Assembly: GCA_964016885.1 (NCBI GenBank)
Contig: OZ024742.1
Coordinates: 58,962,001 to 59,026,000, forward strand
Length of the DNA: 64,000 nucleotides
Source of the DNA: Eledone cirrhosa
Taxonomy: Eukaryota
Direction of reading: 5' to 3'
The position numbers and the translations under genes were made by a program. Below the pieces are notes generated by a model. The model was not told the DNA's origin and ran no database searches. It saw only the letters and a list, made by a program, of their open reading frames with translations. Shown here one piece after another: positions 39,900 through 58,956 of this stretch (its first letter is position 1; each line of letters opens with the position of its first letter).

Positions 39900-42800
39900 A
39901 TCAATTGAGAGTTGGCTGTTTGAACGCGCGTGGCCTGAGCTCAGCTTGGAAGCAAGCAAAGCTTCTAAGTGACCTCAGGTCACAAAGTATAGATGTGATG
40001 GTTGTTTGCGAGAGTCGGATCAGCAGCGTGAGACAGCTGGCGCCCGCCTTCGATGACTTTGAGATGCACGCATCTCTCTGTCAACCCGGAGGCGGGGGGG
40101 GGGGGGGGAGTTGCCGTACTGCTGGATAAACGTCTGACTCTCGACGTACAGATTGTTCACTCGGACCCGGGGGGTCGATTACTGGTGCTGGACGTCGGAG
40201 GTGGTGAAGGCGGGGCTTTCAGACTGGTCGGTCTTTATGCTCCCTTCGGGGCGGAAAGAGCCGACTTCTTCCAACGTCTGGAGACTTTTCTAGGAACGTC
40301 GCGTTCTCTGCTTTTAGTGGGGGACTGGAATGGAATCCTAGATGCGCGTTGGGACTATGCAGGGGCATGTCCCGATAGAGGGGGGTGTAGCAGCCTCAAG
40401 GGGTTACTCGATCGATTCGACCTGGTCGATAGATTTCGACTAGATTGTCCAACTGCGCCAACCTGGACCTGGGCAAACCGCAGTGGACAATCTAGATCGT
40501 ACCTAGATAGGTTTTTGGTTAGGAGTAAGGATAGGGACGTATTTAGTTGTCCAGAACTGATCATGGTTGGCTATTCAGATCACAAATTAGTGACCTGCGT
40601 GGTCAACCTTGATAGAACGCATAGACAGGGTCCCGGTTACTGGAAGATGAACTTGTCCTTACCGACAAAGAAAGATTACAGAAACCGGATTAGTAGCTTA
40701 GTTAAGATGCGGTTGACGGGAGCGATCGTCAACAGTAGGTGGTGGATATCTCTAAAGAGAGAGATTAGAGTAAGTTCGATAGGTTACAGTAAGGAACTAG
40801 CGGCGAATAGAAATAGGAGGGAAAGGGAGTTAACAGATAAACTAGAAGAGGCGATTAGGAGCGGAGACGTAGCCAGAGTGTTAGCGACGAGAACGGCATT
40901 GAGCCAGTTCTTTGACGCGAAGCACGAAGGCTGCGTTGTCCGAAGTAAAATACGTGCTTTAGGAAACGAGGGGACCAAAGCTGTTAGCTGGGCCCGCGTG
41001 ACAGAAGCCAAGAGTGGGATTAAATCCACCATTCGGTCTTTGCGAGACCAGGATGGACGGGTGATCCTTGAACCTGAGCGAATGTGCGAGACCTTTCAAA
41101 GGCACTTTGCTCGACTGTTCGGAGGTGGCGGGGGGCCGGACGGGGATGTGGACTTCGGTCCATACCTCGACGGTCTACCGCGTCTTTCGAGCGGCGAAGC
41201 GGAGTGCTGCGAAGGGCCAATCACAGCCACTGAAATCGGGGAAGCGCTCAGCCAATGCAGCAGACGCAAATCCCCGGGTCTCGATGGTCTACCATACGAA
41301 CTTTATTTAGCTATGCCGGTCTTGTTCTCCGAACTCCTCGAGGCTGTCTATTGCAACTGGCAACAGAACGGGAGAATTCCCTGTTCTGTGACCAAGGGCG
41401 TGGTCACGCTAGTGAGGAAGGACGAGAGCAAGGGGGACGACTTAAGTAACTTTAGGCCCATAACTCTGCTGAATGCAGAGTTACAGATTTTGGCCAAGGT
41501 GTTGGCGAAGAGGTTGGCGCTTGTGGTGGGTGGTTTGGTGGGAGACGCGCAGACATGCGCTATCCCGTCCAGGTCCATTCACGACAACCTCCACCTCATG
41601 CGATACATCATAGAGAGGGTTGGCTACGAACCCGGCTTTGGTGGGGCCCTGATCAACTTGGATCAATCTAAGGCGTTCGATAGGGTCGACTATGGTTACC
41701 TGGATGCGGTGCTAGCGGCGGCGGGCTTCGGACCCGTTTTCAGGGGCTGGATTTCTGCCATGCACAGTGGCAACATCTACTCTAGGATTAAAGTAAACGG
41801 CTACCTCTCGGAGCCGTTTCAAATCACCCGATCCATCAGACAGGGGTGCCCCCTCTCCTCCCTTCTGTACGTATTGACTCTCGAGCCACTGCTGCGGAAG
41901 TTGGAGTTGCTGCGGGGCATACCCCTGGAACCGGGATTGCACAAAGCGGTCTCGGCCTATGCCGACGACGTAACAGTAATGGTGGCGGACGCCTCGGAAA
42001 TCGGGGCGATCGCCACCCTACTGGAGGAATACGAAAGGCTGACGGGGGCTAAGCTGAACCAGGACAAGTCAGTCGGTTTGCAACTCGGAACGTGGAGGGG
42101 CAAACCGATGCCGTTAGACGGTGTCGTCGGGCGGTGGACGGAGGGCCCGGTGAAGCTGCTCGGGGTCTGGTTCGGACCGGACCTCCAGGTGGAGAAGAAT
42201 TGGGGCGAGGTGACGAGCAGGGTGTTTGCGCTGACCCAGAAGTGGGCCAAGTGCAAACTATCACTGAAAGGTCGGGCGGAGGTGACGAACGCTTACATAG
42301 CGTCCGTCATCTACTACCGCCTGACCGTCGTGCCTTGCCCCAAGGAAAAGCTCACCATCATGGAACGCATGCTCTTCCAGTTCCTCTGGAAGAAGCGGCC
42401 TCCCATGGTGAGGAGATCCATCTGCTGCCAGCACCCTTCGAAAGGAGGGCTGGGTATGCCGTGGCTGTTGATGCGTAGGCACGCATTGAGGCTACGGCAT
42501 CTACAGGTATTCCTCAACGGTCAGCCGGTGTGGGCCCCGTTTGTGAGGCGAGCCTTCCCACAGCTCGTCTCGCTCACCGAACTGCAATCCTGGGTGAAGC
42601 AAAGACCGAGAAAACTGGGCAACTGGCACACTGAGTGTGCCCAGGCGCTCACGGCTATCTGGCAAGCGGACCCGACTGTCAGTGGAGAATCCACCTCGAC
42701 ATTCTATAGAGGGTTGGTGGCTAGCAGGGGCGACGACACCCTTGGAGAGTCGCTAGGCATGGAGGAGGACGAACTGGCCAGCCTGTTCGGTAGAACTTTC

Positions 42801-43340
42801 GGCCCGGGACCCATGGACAACTTCCAGAGGTCCCTAGCCTGGCAGTGTTACCGGGGGGCTCTGCCCGTTCGAGAAAAGCTCTACAGACACGGGCGCCCGG
42901 GCAGGGATCCCGCGAAAAAGATCTGTCCCAGATGCGTGCGCGACGAGGAAACCGTTGCGCATGCACTGGTACACTGCCCGGGCGTTGCCGATCTGTGGGG
43001 CTACGTCGAACGACTGCTGTCGCGTGTGGCGCCGATTCGATTAACCGCCGAGTCTGTGGTGAACATCAAGCCGCCTCCTCCCTTCAGAAATGAAGCAGAG
43101 GCGGTCTTTCTGTGCGTAATAGCCATGATGAAAGAGGTTGTGTGGTGGACGCGCCTGAAAGGTCTGAGGTCGGGTGACTTTCTCTCCGGCCATCACCTGG
43201 TTTACTTCTTCCGATACCACTTCGGAAGAAGAATCAGGATGGAGAGAGAAGTGCTTGGTCCCAGACAGTTTTATGAAAGGTGGGTGAAAGAAGCGAGAAT
43301 GGCCCGTGTAAATGGGCCTTCTCTCTACATTGTTCTGTAG
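39896..43340 (+). CDS. ORF2 of copy F (APE-RT-CCHC) with one frameshift in a G15 run and ATA at the expected start
   Basis: ORFs 39905-40129 and 40053-43340 join across the G-run 40094-40108; all endonuclease and RT motifs present. Confidence 0.85.
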
Positions 43341-43590
43341 GTGAAGAAGTGAAGAGGAAAGGGGGAGCGCCTCCTCTCTGGGCTTCCCCCGCGAAAAGAG
43401 TTGCACACTTTTCGGGGGTATGTGCAATCCCCAACACGCCCCCTCCCTTTTGAGGACTTTTTATTGTTATATTATTATTGTTATTCCTTTTTCTTTACTC
43501 GATTTATGTAAACTCCCCCACTGTGTAAATGTCCCCTTCTTTTGTGCCCTCGTGGCAAATAAATAGAAATTTATCTATCTATCTACCTAC

Positions 43591-43660
<70 letters not shown>

Positions 43661-43661
<1 letters not shown>

Positions 43662-44861
43662 CCACTTCCTTTGGAAGAAGCGGGCTCCTTTGGTGAGAAG
43701 ATCCATCTGCTGCCAACACCCTTCCAACGGAGGACTGGGGTGCCGTGGCTGACGATGCGCAAACACGCGCTCAGGCTGCGGCATCTCTACGTATTCCTCA
43801 CCGGACAACCGGTGTGGGCCCCGTTCGTGAGGCGAGCCTTCCCACGACTCGTCTCGCTGACCGAGCTGCAGTCCTGGGTCAAGCAGAGACCGAGGAAAAT
43901 GGGCGACTGGCACATCGAATGTGCTCAGGCGCTCACAGCCCTCTGGCAGGCGGACCCAGCGATCAGTGGAGACTCCACTTCGTCATTCTATAGAGGGTTG
44001 GTCCGCAGCAAGTGCGACGACGCGCTCGGTGAAACTCTAGGCGTGGAGGAAGATGAACTGGCCAGTCTGTTCGGTAGGACCTTCCGCCCGGGACCGATGG
44101 ACAACTTCCAAAAGTCCCTGGCCTGGCAGTGCTACCGAGGAGCTCTACCAGTTCGAGACAAGCTCTACAGACATGGGCGCCCGGGCAGGGATCCTGCAAA
44201 AAAGATCTGTCCGAGGTGCGTGCGAGACGAAGAAACCGTCGCGCACGCATTCATACACTGCCCGGGCGTCACTGACCTGTGGGGCTATGTAGAACGACTA
44301 TTGTCGCGGGTGGGACCAATCCAGTTGACCACCGAGTCCATTGTCATGATCAAACCGCCACCCTCCTTCAAAAACGAAGGAGAGGCGGTTTTCCTTTGTG
44401 TGATAGCTATGGCGAAAGAGGTTGTATGGTGGACAAGGTTGAAAGGGCTGAGGTCAGACACCTTTCTCTCCGGCCAACAACTGATTCTTTTTTCCAAATA
44501 CCACTTTGGAAGAAGAATCAGGATGGAGAGAGAGGTGCTGTACCCCAGCAAGTTTTATGAAAGGTGGGTGAAAGTGGCGAGAATGGCCCGAGTGAATGGG
44601 CCTTCTCTCTATATCAGCCTGTAGGTTGAGGAAAAGGAGGAGGAGAGGAAAGGAGTACAAGCTCTTCGTACTCCTGGAGATGAGGGTTGCACATTTTTTT
44701 CGGGGGTCTGTGTTACCCATATAAACTGTCTCCCTCTATTGGGGAAAATCGACTAACTTTTAAATTCCATCTGTGATAACATTTTACACGTTTTTATTGT
44801 ATGTAAACTTCCCCCTTTGTATTTGTCCCCTTCTTTTGTGCCCCTGTGGCTAATAAAGAAA
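43661..44861 (+). mobile_element. Tx1-like LINE copy G, 5'-truncated (1.2 kb)
   Basis: ORF2 C-terminal ~300 aa plus 3'UTR; (TATC)n at 43572-43660 and 44862-44922. Confidence 0.92.
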
Positions 44862-44929
44862 TCTATCTATCTATCTATATAACTATCTATCTATCTATCT
44901 ATCTATCTAACTATCTATCTATCCCCCTC

Positions 44930-45032
<103 letters not shown>

Positions 45033-45099
45033 CATATATATACATATATATACATATATATACATATATAAATATATATAAACATATTGTTGGACATCC

Positions 45100-45350
45100 G
45101 TCCGTCTACACGACGAGTGTTCCAGTTATTTGGACAACGTAACAGCCTGCTCGTTAAATTAACAAGCAAATGAATGAGCATTTTACAGACATGTGCACCT
45201 TTAACTGGATTAGTACTTTATATTTATCCACCTCGAATAGATGAAAAGCCATGTTGAGTTCGGTGGGATTTGACACAAGAACGCAATGAGCCTGAACAAA
45301 CACCGAGGTATTTTTATACGATGCTTCTAACAGCCAATTCACGGCCTTGA
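45100..45350 (-). mobile_element. SINE-derived sequence (Meta-domain-like, degenerate)
   Basis: Reverse complement of GCTTTTCATCTATTCGAGGTGGATAAA. Confidence 0.5.
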
Positions 45351-45526
45351 ATGCATGCTAAGTATTCTTTGAGTAGAAAATCAACAGTTAATCATACATG
45401 CAAATCTCCCCACTTCACATCATCGATGCTTGGCACCAATATTGTCATATGCGTTGGGAAGCATCTCCTACGACTGGTACTATATTCATCGAGAAGCTTT
45501 CCCTTCCGAATCAACGTGTGAGTTTG

Positions 45527-45559
<33 letters not shown>

Positions 45560-45577
<18 letters not shown>

Positions 45578-46153
45578 TGAGGATGTGTGTGTGTGTGTGT
45601 GTGCGTGTGTGTGTGAGTGTGAGTTTGAATCCCTAAAACTCGATAAGTACCCAACCTATTTTTTTCAAACTTATGTTTCAGGGAGTGTTATACACATAAA
45701 AATTCAACTTTTTGATCCCCTAGGGCTCGCATTAGGTGAAGAACTGCGTTTTTTCAGCTTTTTAGGGTTTTTTTGAGGCGTTACGTCAGACCGATTTCCT
45801 TGAAATTGTAACTATGTATTAGTCAGTCTCTTCTTCATACCGTGAGGTAAGAAAATCCAACTTTTTTATGGCCTAGGTGAAAAACTTCATTTTTTCAGCT
45901 TTTTAGCCGATTTTCCCGAAATTTCAAGGCATATTATGCACATAAAAAAAAATTCATTTTCTCGATCCCCTAGGTGAAAACCTGCATTTTTCCTGCTTCA
46001 TCGAGGACAATCTTAAAGATTATTCAGCCATCAGGATATTTGGTTTATTTTCTTTACATATTGTCCAGGCATGCAGTTTTTCCACGATTAGGTCTGTTGG
46101 CGGCCCGCGTTCCAAAATATCTTATCCCGTGCAACGCCGGGTACCACTGCTAG
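45560..46153 (+). mobile_element. Non-autonomous Helitron
   Basis: 3' hairpin CCCGTGCAACGCCGGG (46126-46141) followed by CTAG (46150-46153) and T; 5' TATATAAAA plus (GT)n; internal subrepeats; 5' boundary approximate. Confidence 0.7.
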
Positions 46154-46204
46154 TATATATATAAAGCTTCGATTTTAATAAGCTTCCACTTGTATATATA
46201 TATA

Positions 46205-46930
46205 TTACAGTGAAGGACGAGTCCTGGTGTTTCTCCCGTGCAAGTCGCATACAGTAATACACTGCGATTGATGAAAAGGTAGGGAGCCAATGTATCGTCT
46301 TGGAGCACCCCAGCCAGTATCTCAATATCTCAAAGAACTCCGTCATCCTGTCAGTTGTAATGACTTGGGTTCTGGTGTAGAGCAGTAATATCAGGTCCAC
46401 TATTTTCTTGGGGATTCCATAAGCCTGTAAGATCTTCATCAGGCAGTCCTGGTTCACAGAATCAAAGTCCTTCCTGAAGTCAATGAAAGCCATGGCAGCA
46501 GGAAGGCTCTTTTCTGTAGCTCCCTATTAAATTCTCCTCAGTAGCAGGATGTGACCGGTGATTGATCTTCCCTCTTTTAAGCCGTTATGGTTGTCTTTGA
46601 GCTTCTACTCCATCTCGGGCTGGATCCTGTTAAGAATCATCCTGTTGAGGGTCTTTGCCAAAGTGTCGTCAGTGAGATCCCTGTAGTTGTTGGTGTTAGA
46701 AATATCTCCCTTGTTTGGTATTGGGACGATACTACTGATTCTCCACTGATCCGGAGCAACTCCTTTCTCCAGTGCCTGGTTACAGAACTCCAGGATGATA
46801 TCATCAAAATCAAACCTCTTTCTCACCTCAGATGCCACTCCATCTTATTCTCCATAGGCCTTACCCTCTTTGATTTTCTCCTTGGCTCTAAGAAGCTCCT
46901 CTTTGGCGGAGGGAAGCTATCCGTATTACA
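46205..46930 (-). pseudogene. RTE-like LINE reverse transcriptase fragment
   Basis: PDQWRISSIVPIPNKGD..NYR..KTLNRMILNRI and FIDFRKDFDSVNQ..KILQAYGIP. Confidence 0.75.
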
Positions 46931-47073
46931 GAGGGCATGTCTGAGAGAGTCACCACAAACAGTAGTGACCCTAAGACGGTTCCTTTGGACACTCAGCTTG
47001 TTATTGGCGTTTCTTTTGAGAGGGCCCTATTGGCTGCAACAGTCTGGCTTCTGTCTTTTAAGAAGTCATGAAG

Positions 47074-47372
47074 TCATTTACCTAGTTTTCCAGCTATGCC
47101 AAAGCTACGTAGTTTGTGAGATATTCCATGTTCAACATTGTCGAATGCCTTCGCAAAGTCGAGATATATCACATCCACGTTCGAACGATCTAGCAGCTGT
47201 TTGAGTATCCTGTCATAATGCTGCAAGAACTGCGTAAGACAACTTCTACCCGGGCGAAAGCCATGCAGAGTGTCAGTTAGAAGACCATTTTCTTCTAGAA
47301 AAGTAATCATTTTCCTTCTAATGATTCTTTCTATGACATTACTGATATGTGAGGTCAGGGAGACAGGTCTTT
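47074..47372 (-). pseudogene. CR1/L2-like reverse transcriptase fragment
   Basis: HGFRPGRSCLTQ...VDVIYLDFAKAFDNVEHG. Confidence 0.8.
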
Positions 47373-47399
47373 TTGAATGTTGGGATATCGGGATCAGAT

Positions 47400-48530
47400 G
47401 ATGGGAAAAAGATCTTGAAGACTTTCTTCAAAACCAGTTCAAGACTGTGATGGCAGCAAGCCGGCTACAAAAATATTTTGTCAGAACTACATCAATTTTT
47501 GTTTAGCTCCTTGGTGCATACCGGTGTTACTGGCGGTGGTGTTGAAGGACATACCAATTATTCTATCCTCAATTGAATTTCCTTCAAAACAACTTCAGCG
47601 ATTTGTTGACTGGTTCCATCTCTTGCAATCGGAAATCCTATGAGCTCCTCATTTCTTTTTCCTGTAATTAAATCTACAGTCGAATTTTCAGGATCTGTCT
47701 TCAGGTGGGAAAGCGGATAACTCGATTTCCTGAGCCATCTTCTCAGGGTGACTGGTTCTTGCTGGATAAACAGTTGAGTGGGAAACTATTCGCAATTACG
47801 ATGTAAGAAGTACTTGCTTGTCACACTTAGTTTCTCCCGTTCTCACGTTGCAACAAGAGTGGAGTCGAGAGTCGGCTTTATTCGCTATGATTTTCGGAGT
47901 TGACTTGAAGATTTCATCATCATCATCGCCATCATTAATAGCTGAGCTGGATGAAAAACTTTCAAGAGCTACTTTTTCGGACATTTTCTTAATTTCTTCA
48001 TCCTGCTTTCTCATTCTTACTTTCATAACACGAATCTTCTTTTCCTTTTTCTGAATGGCTCTCACATGTTCTGTATCAACACCAGCCAAGAATGAAGACA
48101 TCCGATCTTCTCGCTGTGTCTCAAGGAAAGTTTTGTCGTCAGATAAGACATCCTTTAGTTCGAGAACGTCCTGGCTTGCAATGTTAAACATTTCCTCGAG
48201 ATCACCTTTCCCAATCTCACGCTTTGAAATTGCTTTGTCAGTCATCCTTGACTTTTCTTTTTTCTGTCCTTGATACTCCTTATACAATTTCTCGATTGAA
48301 AGTGCGGATGCTTTCTTTTTCCGTTTTGGTAGGGATATTTGCTTCCCACCAAACCTCCTGAATCTTCTCTGGCTAGTGTTTTTTACGGCACCCGAAGTTG
48401 TCTCCCCAAGTTTGATATGATGGTAGAGAAAACACAAGAGTACTTGTTGTTTGAAGGGGAGTTGCATCTGAAGTAACTGTCCCTCAGGTTTTTTTCTCAA
48501 ACAGCCAAATGACCTTCCTGGTTTCCATTT
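47400..48530 (-). pseudogene. Decayed DNA transposase, probably hAT superfamily
   Basis: Minus strand GMSFNTTASNTGMHQGA (~47510-47558) and LACCHHSLELVLKKVF (~47420-47465, CxxH-type); N-terminal QLPFKQQVLLCFLYHH. Confidence 0.6.
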
Positions 48531-49059
48531 TCTTATTCACCGTGAAAAATGAAAAGCAAAATCAATCAATCAATTTTATTTTAACAAGGCTTTGGCTTAT
48601 TACATTTCTGGAACCTACTCAGGCTCGAAAAACAAAAGGCAAGAAAATTATTTGTAACTTTATAACAAAGGATGAAAACCACCGCGTTTAGCACTCGCCA
48701 ACAAAACCAGTACTTAACCACCAATGCAATGAACCTTGCATTAGAACCTTATTGTTATCTCATTATCTTGCTGAATTATCTCATTATCTTGCTGAATTAT
48801 CAAAACAAATATAAAAAACTCACACATCAACACGGCTTCTTTGTACAAACAATGAAAACAAATCACCGATATAAAATTATTTCTACATACTTGGTTTAAG
48901 TTTATGGTTAATTTCGTTTTCATTTCATAATGATATGACGATAAAGATCCCATAAAATCCTTGTGGAGTTATAGAGGCACCGTCATACGGCACGTATAGG
49001 GTACTTTTAAACCTGGCGACGCCCAACCCTCTTCAGGCCCGAATACAGCAGCCGATTTT

Positions 49060-49232
49060 TTCTATGGAGGAAGAATCAACTCCACTACTGGACTGGTACT
49101 TTTTTATCCACCTCGAAAGGATGAAAGGCAAAGTTCACCACGCCACGATATGAACTCAGAGCGCGCAATGAGGAGGTCGAATATAGTAAAGCATTCCGTC
49201 CAACGTCTTAACGTCTCAGCCAATTCGCTGCC
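49060..49232 (-). mobile_element. tRNA-derived SINE, Meta-domain-like family
   Basis: Reverse complement of TTTGCCTTTCATCCTTTCGAGGTGGATAAAAAAGTACCAGT. Confidence 0.7.
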
Positions 49233-49497
49233 TTTCTTTTTCATTTAAGATTCTATAAATGGTAGAAAAGTCTCCCGCATGCATGCAGTCAAAAACTGAT
49301 AGAAAATGCAACATGGCTACAATCAACAGATGTTGAAGTAAATATTTTACATATTTTGGCATAGCGTTCAAAAAGCACCAAACTGTGCAACCCCTAAATA
49401 TATTTGTGTCTCCTCGTGTTTTTGCCTGCGTAGCTTTTATGTAAAACAATTTTTTAATACACACACACACAAACATGCACACACCCGCACACACGCA

Positions 49498-49890
<393 letters not shown>

Positions 49891-49912
49891 GTTCCTTACC
49901 ACATTTCCTTCG

Positions 49913-49950
<38 letters not shown>

Positions 49951-50084
49951 TGCCCTAATTTATTTAGATGGTCAATATTCTTTCTTGTTTCTCGAAACTG
50001 CAACCAGGGAAAAGATACGAGTGAAGCTTTCTTGCAATACTTGACTTTACTAGCAATCTATTCTGTTAACATTGCATAAGCTAT

Positions 50085-50136
<52 letters not shown>

Positions 50137-50137
<1 letters not shown>

Positions 50138-50357
50138 GGAACGATCGACTTTCGTCAAATCGGACCGAGGGAACAATGTTTCTGTTGGTCTTTCCAATTG
50201 GTAATACTATCTATCGGTCGCAACTCCAGGTAGAAGGGGCAACGTGAAATAAAGTGTCTTGCTCAAGGAAATAACGCATCGCCTGGTCCAGGAATCAAAC
50301 TCACAACCTTACGATTGCGAATCCAATTCTCTATCCACTCAGCCACACCCCTTCACA
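50137..50357 (-). mobile_element. tRNA-derived CORE-like SINE
   Basis: A-box TGGCTGAGTGG, B-box GAGTTTGATTCC, CORE-like TCCTTGAGCAAGACACTT. Confidence 0.8.
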
Positions 50358-50371
50358 CACATGTATACATA

Positions 50372-55889
<5,518 letters not shown>

Positions 55890-55911
55890 ATATATATATA
55901 TATATATATAA

Positions 55912-56424
55912 CCTAATAGAGGGTTCGGAATTCTATTTCAAAGATAGACAACGTTTTATAGTAAAACACAATTTCACATGTGCATCGGAAAATCTAATAT
56001 ATGTATTAACTTGTTCAGGTTGTCGAGAACAATACATAGGCCAGACCAAAAACAGCCTCCGCCAACGCATGACTGTCCATAGATCCCAAATTAAAATACG
56101 GGAATACAGGAAAATACCACTGAGTGAACACATTGATACCTGTGCCGCCCAAAATCATCCCAACTTCAGAATCTTTCCCCTCTACAAATTTAAAGATAAT
56201 GCCACCCACACCCAGCGCATCAGCAAGGAATCTTACTTCATTAACAAATACGGACCCCGTCTAAACACTTCTCCCTAAGACGAACCAACAACATACACAC
56301 GTCAACATACATACCTACATCAGCACACATCTCTACCCACATATAAACACAATGACACACGTAAACACGCATGCTCTATGGTGCAATACAAAAAAATATA
56401 TGTGCATATATATGTATGTATATA

Positions 56425-56469
<45 letters not shown>

Positions 56470-57233
56470 AATATATGTATGTGTATATATATATAGTGAA
56501 TATCATTTCACACCTTTTATTGTTAAGATTTTTGATGTTCTATTAAGAGAACCGATTTTACTGAAAAAATCGAATAATGTACACCATTTTACCAGGGGGA
56601 AAAAATACTGGTCCACCCACACACACACACACACACACACATATATACACAAACACATACACACGCGTACATCAACATACAAAGAGACTTATACACACAC
56701 ACACACACGCACTTCTCCGTATAAGACAAAAGCTGAAAAATATCTTTTGACATGCTAAAATACCCCCCATTGCTTTCAGACACATTCTTACTGACCAATT
56801 TTTTATCCACATGACCTCTACCGACCAATCAAAATTGTTTTGACCAAGAATTTTTGCTGGAGCCACTTTTTTAACATTTTAACATAAAAACAGTCTTGGC
56901 GCAAAATCAACTTTTTACATTCACATGACCTCTACCGACCAATCAAAATTGTTTTGACCACAAGCATTTTTGCAACACAAAAATAACGCTGGAGCCACTT
57001 TTTTAACATAAAAACAGGTAGAATTCCCAAAACTAATCAGATCAGAGCAAACAGCACGGACACTCTATCTCAAAATTATTTTTGAAAAGCATTTAGAAAT
57101 GCGCAACCGGTAAAAACTTAAAAACTTAAAACCACAACTGAATACTAACCCATACAATCACTAATACTCTTTTATTCCTAATTAAACCATTTTTCAACTG
57201 TGAACAATTTGTCAGCATTTTCTATTCCGTTTA

Positions 57234-57240
<7 letters not shown>
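55912..57240 (+). mobile_element. Inverted 5'-truncated copy of the same PLE (GIY-YIG + 3' region)
   Basis: Reverse complement of 50722-52202; identical 69-aa ORF at 56069-56278. Confidence 0.92.
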
Positions 57241-57276
<36 letters not shown>

Positions 57277-57322
57277 TATATGTATATATATCTATATATA
57301 TATTATATATATATGTATATGC

Positions 57323-57356
<34 letters not shown>

Positions 57357-57377
57357 CAGTATATGTATATATATATA

Positions 57378-57598
57378 TGTGAAGGCGTGTGGCTGAGTGG
57401 TTAGAGAATTGGATTCGCAATCGTGAGGTTGTGAGTTCGATTCCTGGACCAGGCGATGCTTTATGTCCTTGAGCAAGACACTTTATTTCACTTTGCTCCT
57501 TCTACCTGGAGTTGCGACCGATAGATAGTATTAGCAATTGGAAAGACCAACGGAAACATTGTTTCCTCGGTCCGATTTGACGAAAGTCGTTCGTTCCT
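57378..57598 (+). mobile_element. tRNA-derived CORE-like SINE
   Basis: A-box TGGCTGAGTGG, B-box GAGTTCGATTCC; inverted counterpart of 50137-50357. Confidence 0.82.
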
Positions 57599-57870
57599 CT
57601 ATATATGTATACAGTATATGTATATATATATGTATATGTATATATATATAAGTATTGAAATTTCCGTTGAAAATGGAAAAAGTCAGAGCAATGAAGAGTG
57701 CTCTATGTAAGTTAGAGAGTAAATATCTAATGTATAATAAACAATACAATATAATTACCTCATTACCAAAGGTTTCCCGAATAAGACGAATACAAGAAAC
57801 GTCCGCATTCGTACGTCAGACATGGCAATTTAAAACATCTATATATATATAAAACATATATATATATAGA

Positions 57871-57981
57871 AAAAAATGAAATTTCATTTCTCACTCTAAG
57901 TACGGCTGATACTTAAATGTAAGTATGTATTCGTACATACATATATGTATACAGACGTGCAGTAGTATGTACATACATACA

Positions 57982-58056
<75 letters not shown>

Positions 58057-58836
58057 GTATGGGTTTACCGCACATTTATTATAATGCTCGGTTTGTTTGT
58101 AAACAAACAGCCCGAATTATTAGCCGTACAGTGTTCGCTGCCCTATTTGTTGAACACTGACAAAGGAACGATGAACTAGTTTCTAGCGTATTAGCTGTCA
58201 TCAGTTCGTATACCTTCCTGTCAGTTGATTGAACGTTTGAAAGTATATACTTTCCTTATGCATATTAACGGCTGAGCAGTCTAATTTGCATATCGAGTGA
58301 GTTAGTCGGCCAGGCGTACCGAAAACGATAAATGGAAAAAAATGAAATTTCATTTCTCACTCTTAGTACGAATTATTAGCCCGAATTATTAGCCGTACAT
58401 TATTAGCTGTACGTCTGTATACATATATGTATGTACGTATACATACTTACTAAGATTGAGAAATGAAATTTCATTTTTTTCCATTTATCGCTGGCCGACT
58501 AACTCACTCGATATGCAAATTAGACTGCTCAGCCATTAATATGCATAAGGAAAGTATATACTTTCAAACGTTCAATCAACTGACAGGAAGGTATACGGGC
58601 TGATGACAGCTAATAAGCTAGAAACTAGTTCATCGTTCCTTTGTCAGTGTTGAACAAATAGGGCAGCAATGGTTGCCGAACACTGTACGGCTAATAATTC
58701 GGGCTGTTTGTTTACAAACAAACCGAGCATTATAATAAATGTTCGGTAAACCCATACGTACATATATATATATGTGTGCATGTATGTATGTATATACATA
58801 CTACTGTACGTCTGTATACATATATGTATGTACGTA
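57871..58836. repeat. Inverted pair of PLE-like stubs (~57871-58370 / ~58450-58836)
   Basis: Reverse-complementary arms; left arm shows ~465 bp terminal redundancy; same family as 28.6 kb. Confidence 0.8.
58585..58641 (+). ncRNA. Minimal type I hammerhead (mirror copy at ~58170-58206 on minus strand)
   Basis: CTGATGA(58600)-C-AGCT-AATA-AGCT-A-GAAAC(58621)-TA-GTT-CATC. Confidence 0.6.
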
Positions 58837-58956
58837 CACACACACACACACACACATACACACACACATATATATATATATATATGCAATGAGTTATTTA
58901 ATTTGTTGATTATTCAACAAATTTAGTTTAGACGCACTCAACAGGTTTTTCTGGGG

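Larger units (their letters stand above)
37861..43569 (+). mobile_element. Tx1-like LINE copy F, apparently full length (~5.7 kb), diverged subfamily
   Basis: Intact ORF1, near-intact ORF2; (TATC)n on both sides. Confidence 0.95.

Noticed and set aside
31941-44922. CRISPR-like or prokaryotic repeat-spacer array
   Set aside because: The repeats are microsatellites and the intervening units are kilobase-scale LINE copies in eukaryotic DNA
57378-57455. tRNA gene
   Set aside because: A and B boxes are present, but there is no convincing acceptor stem and the sequence continues into a CORE-like SINE body; same for the other copies
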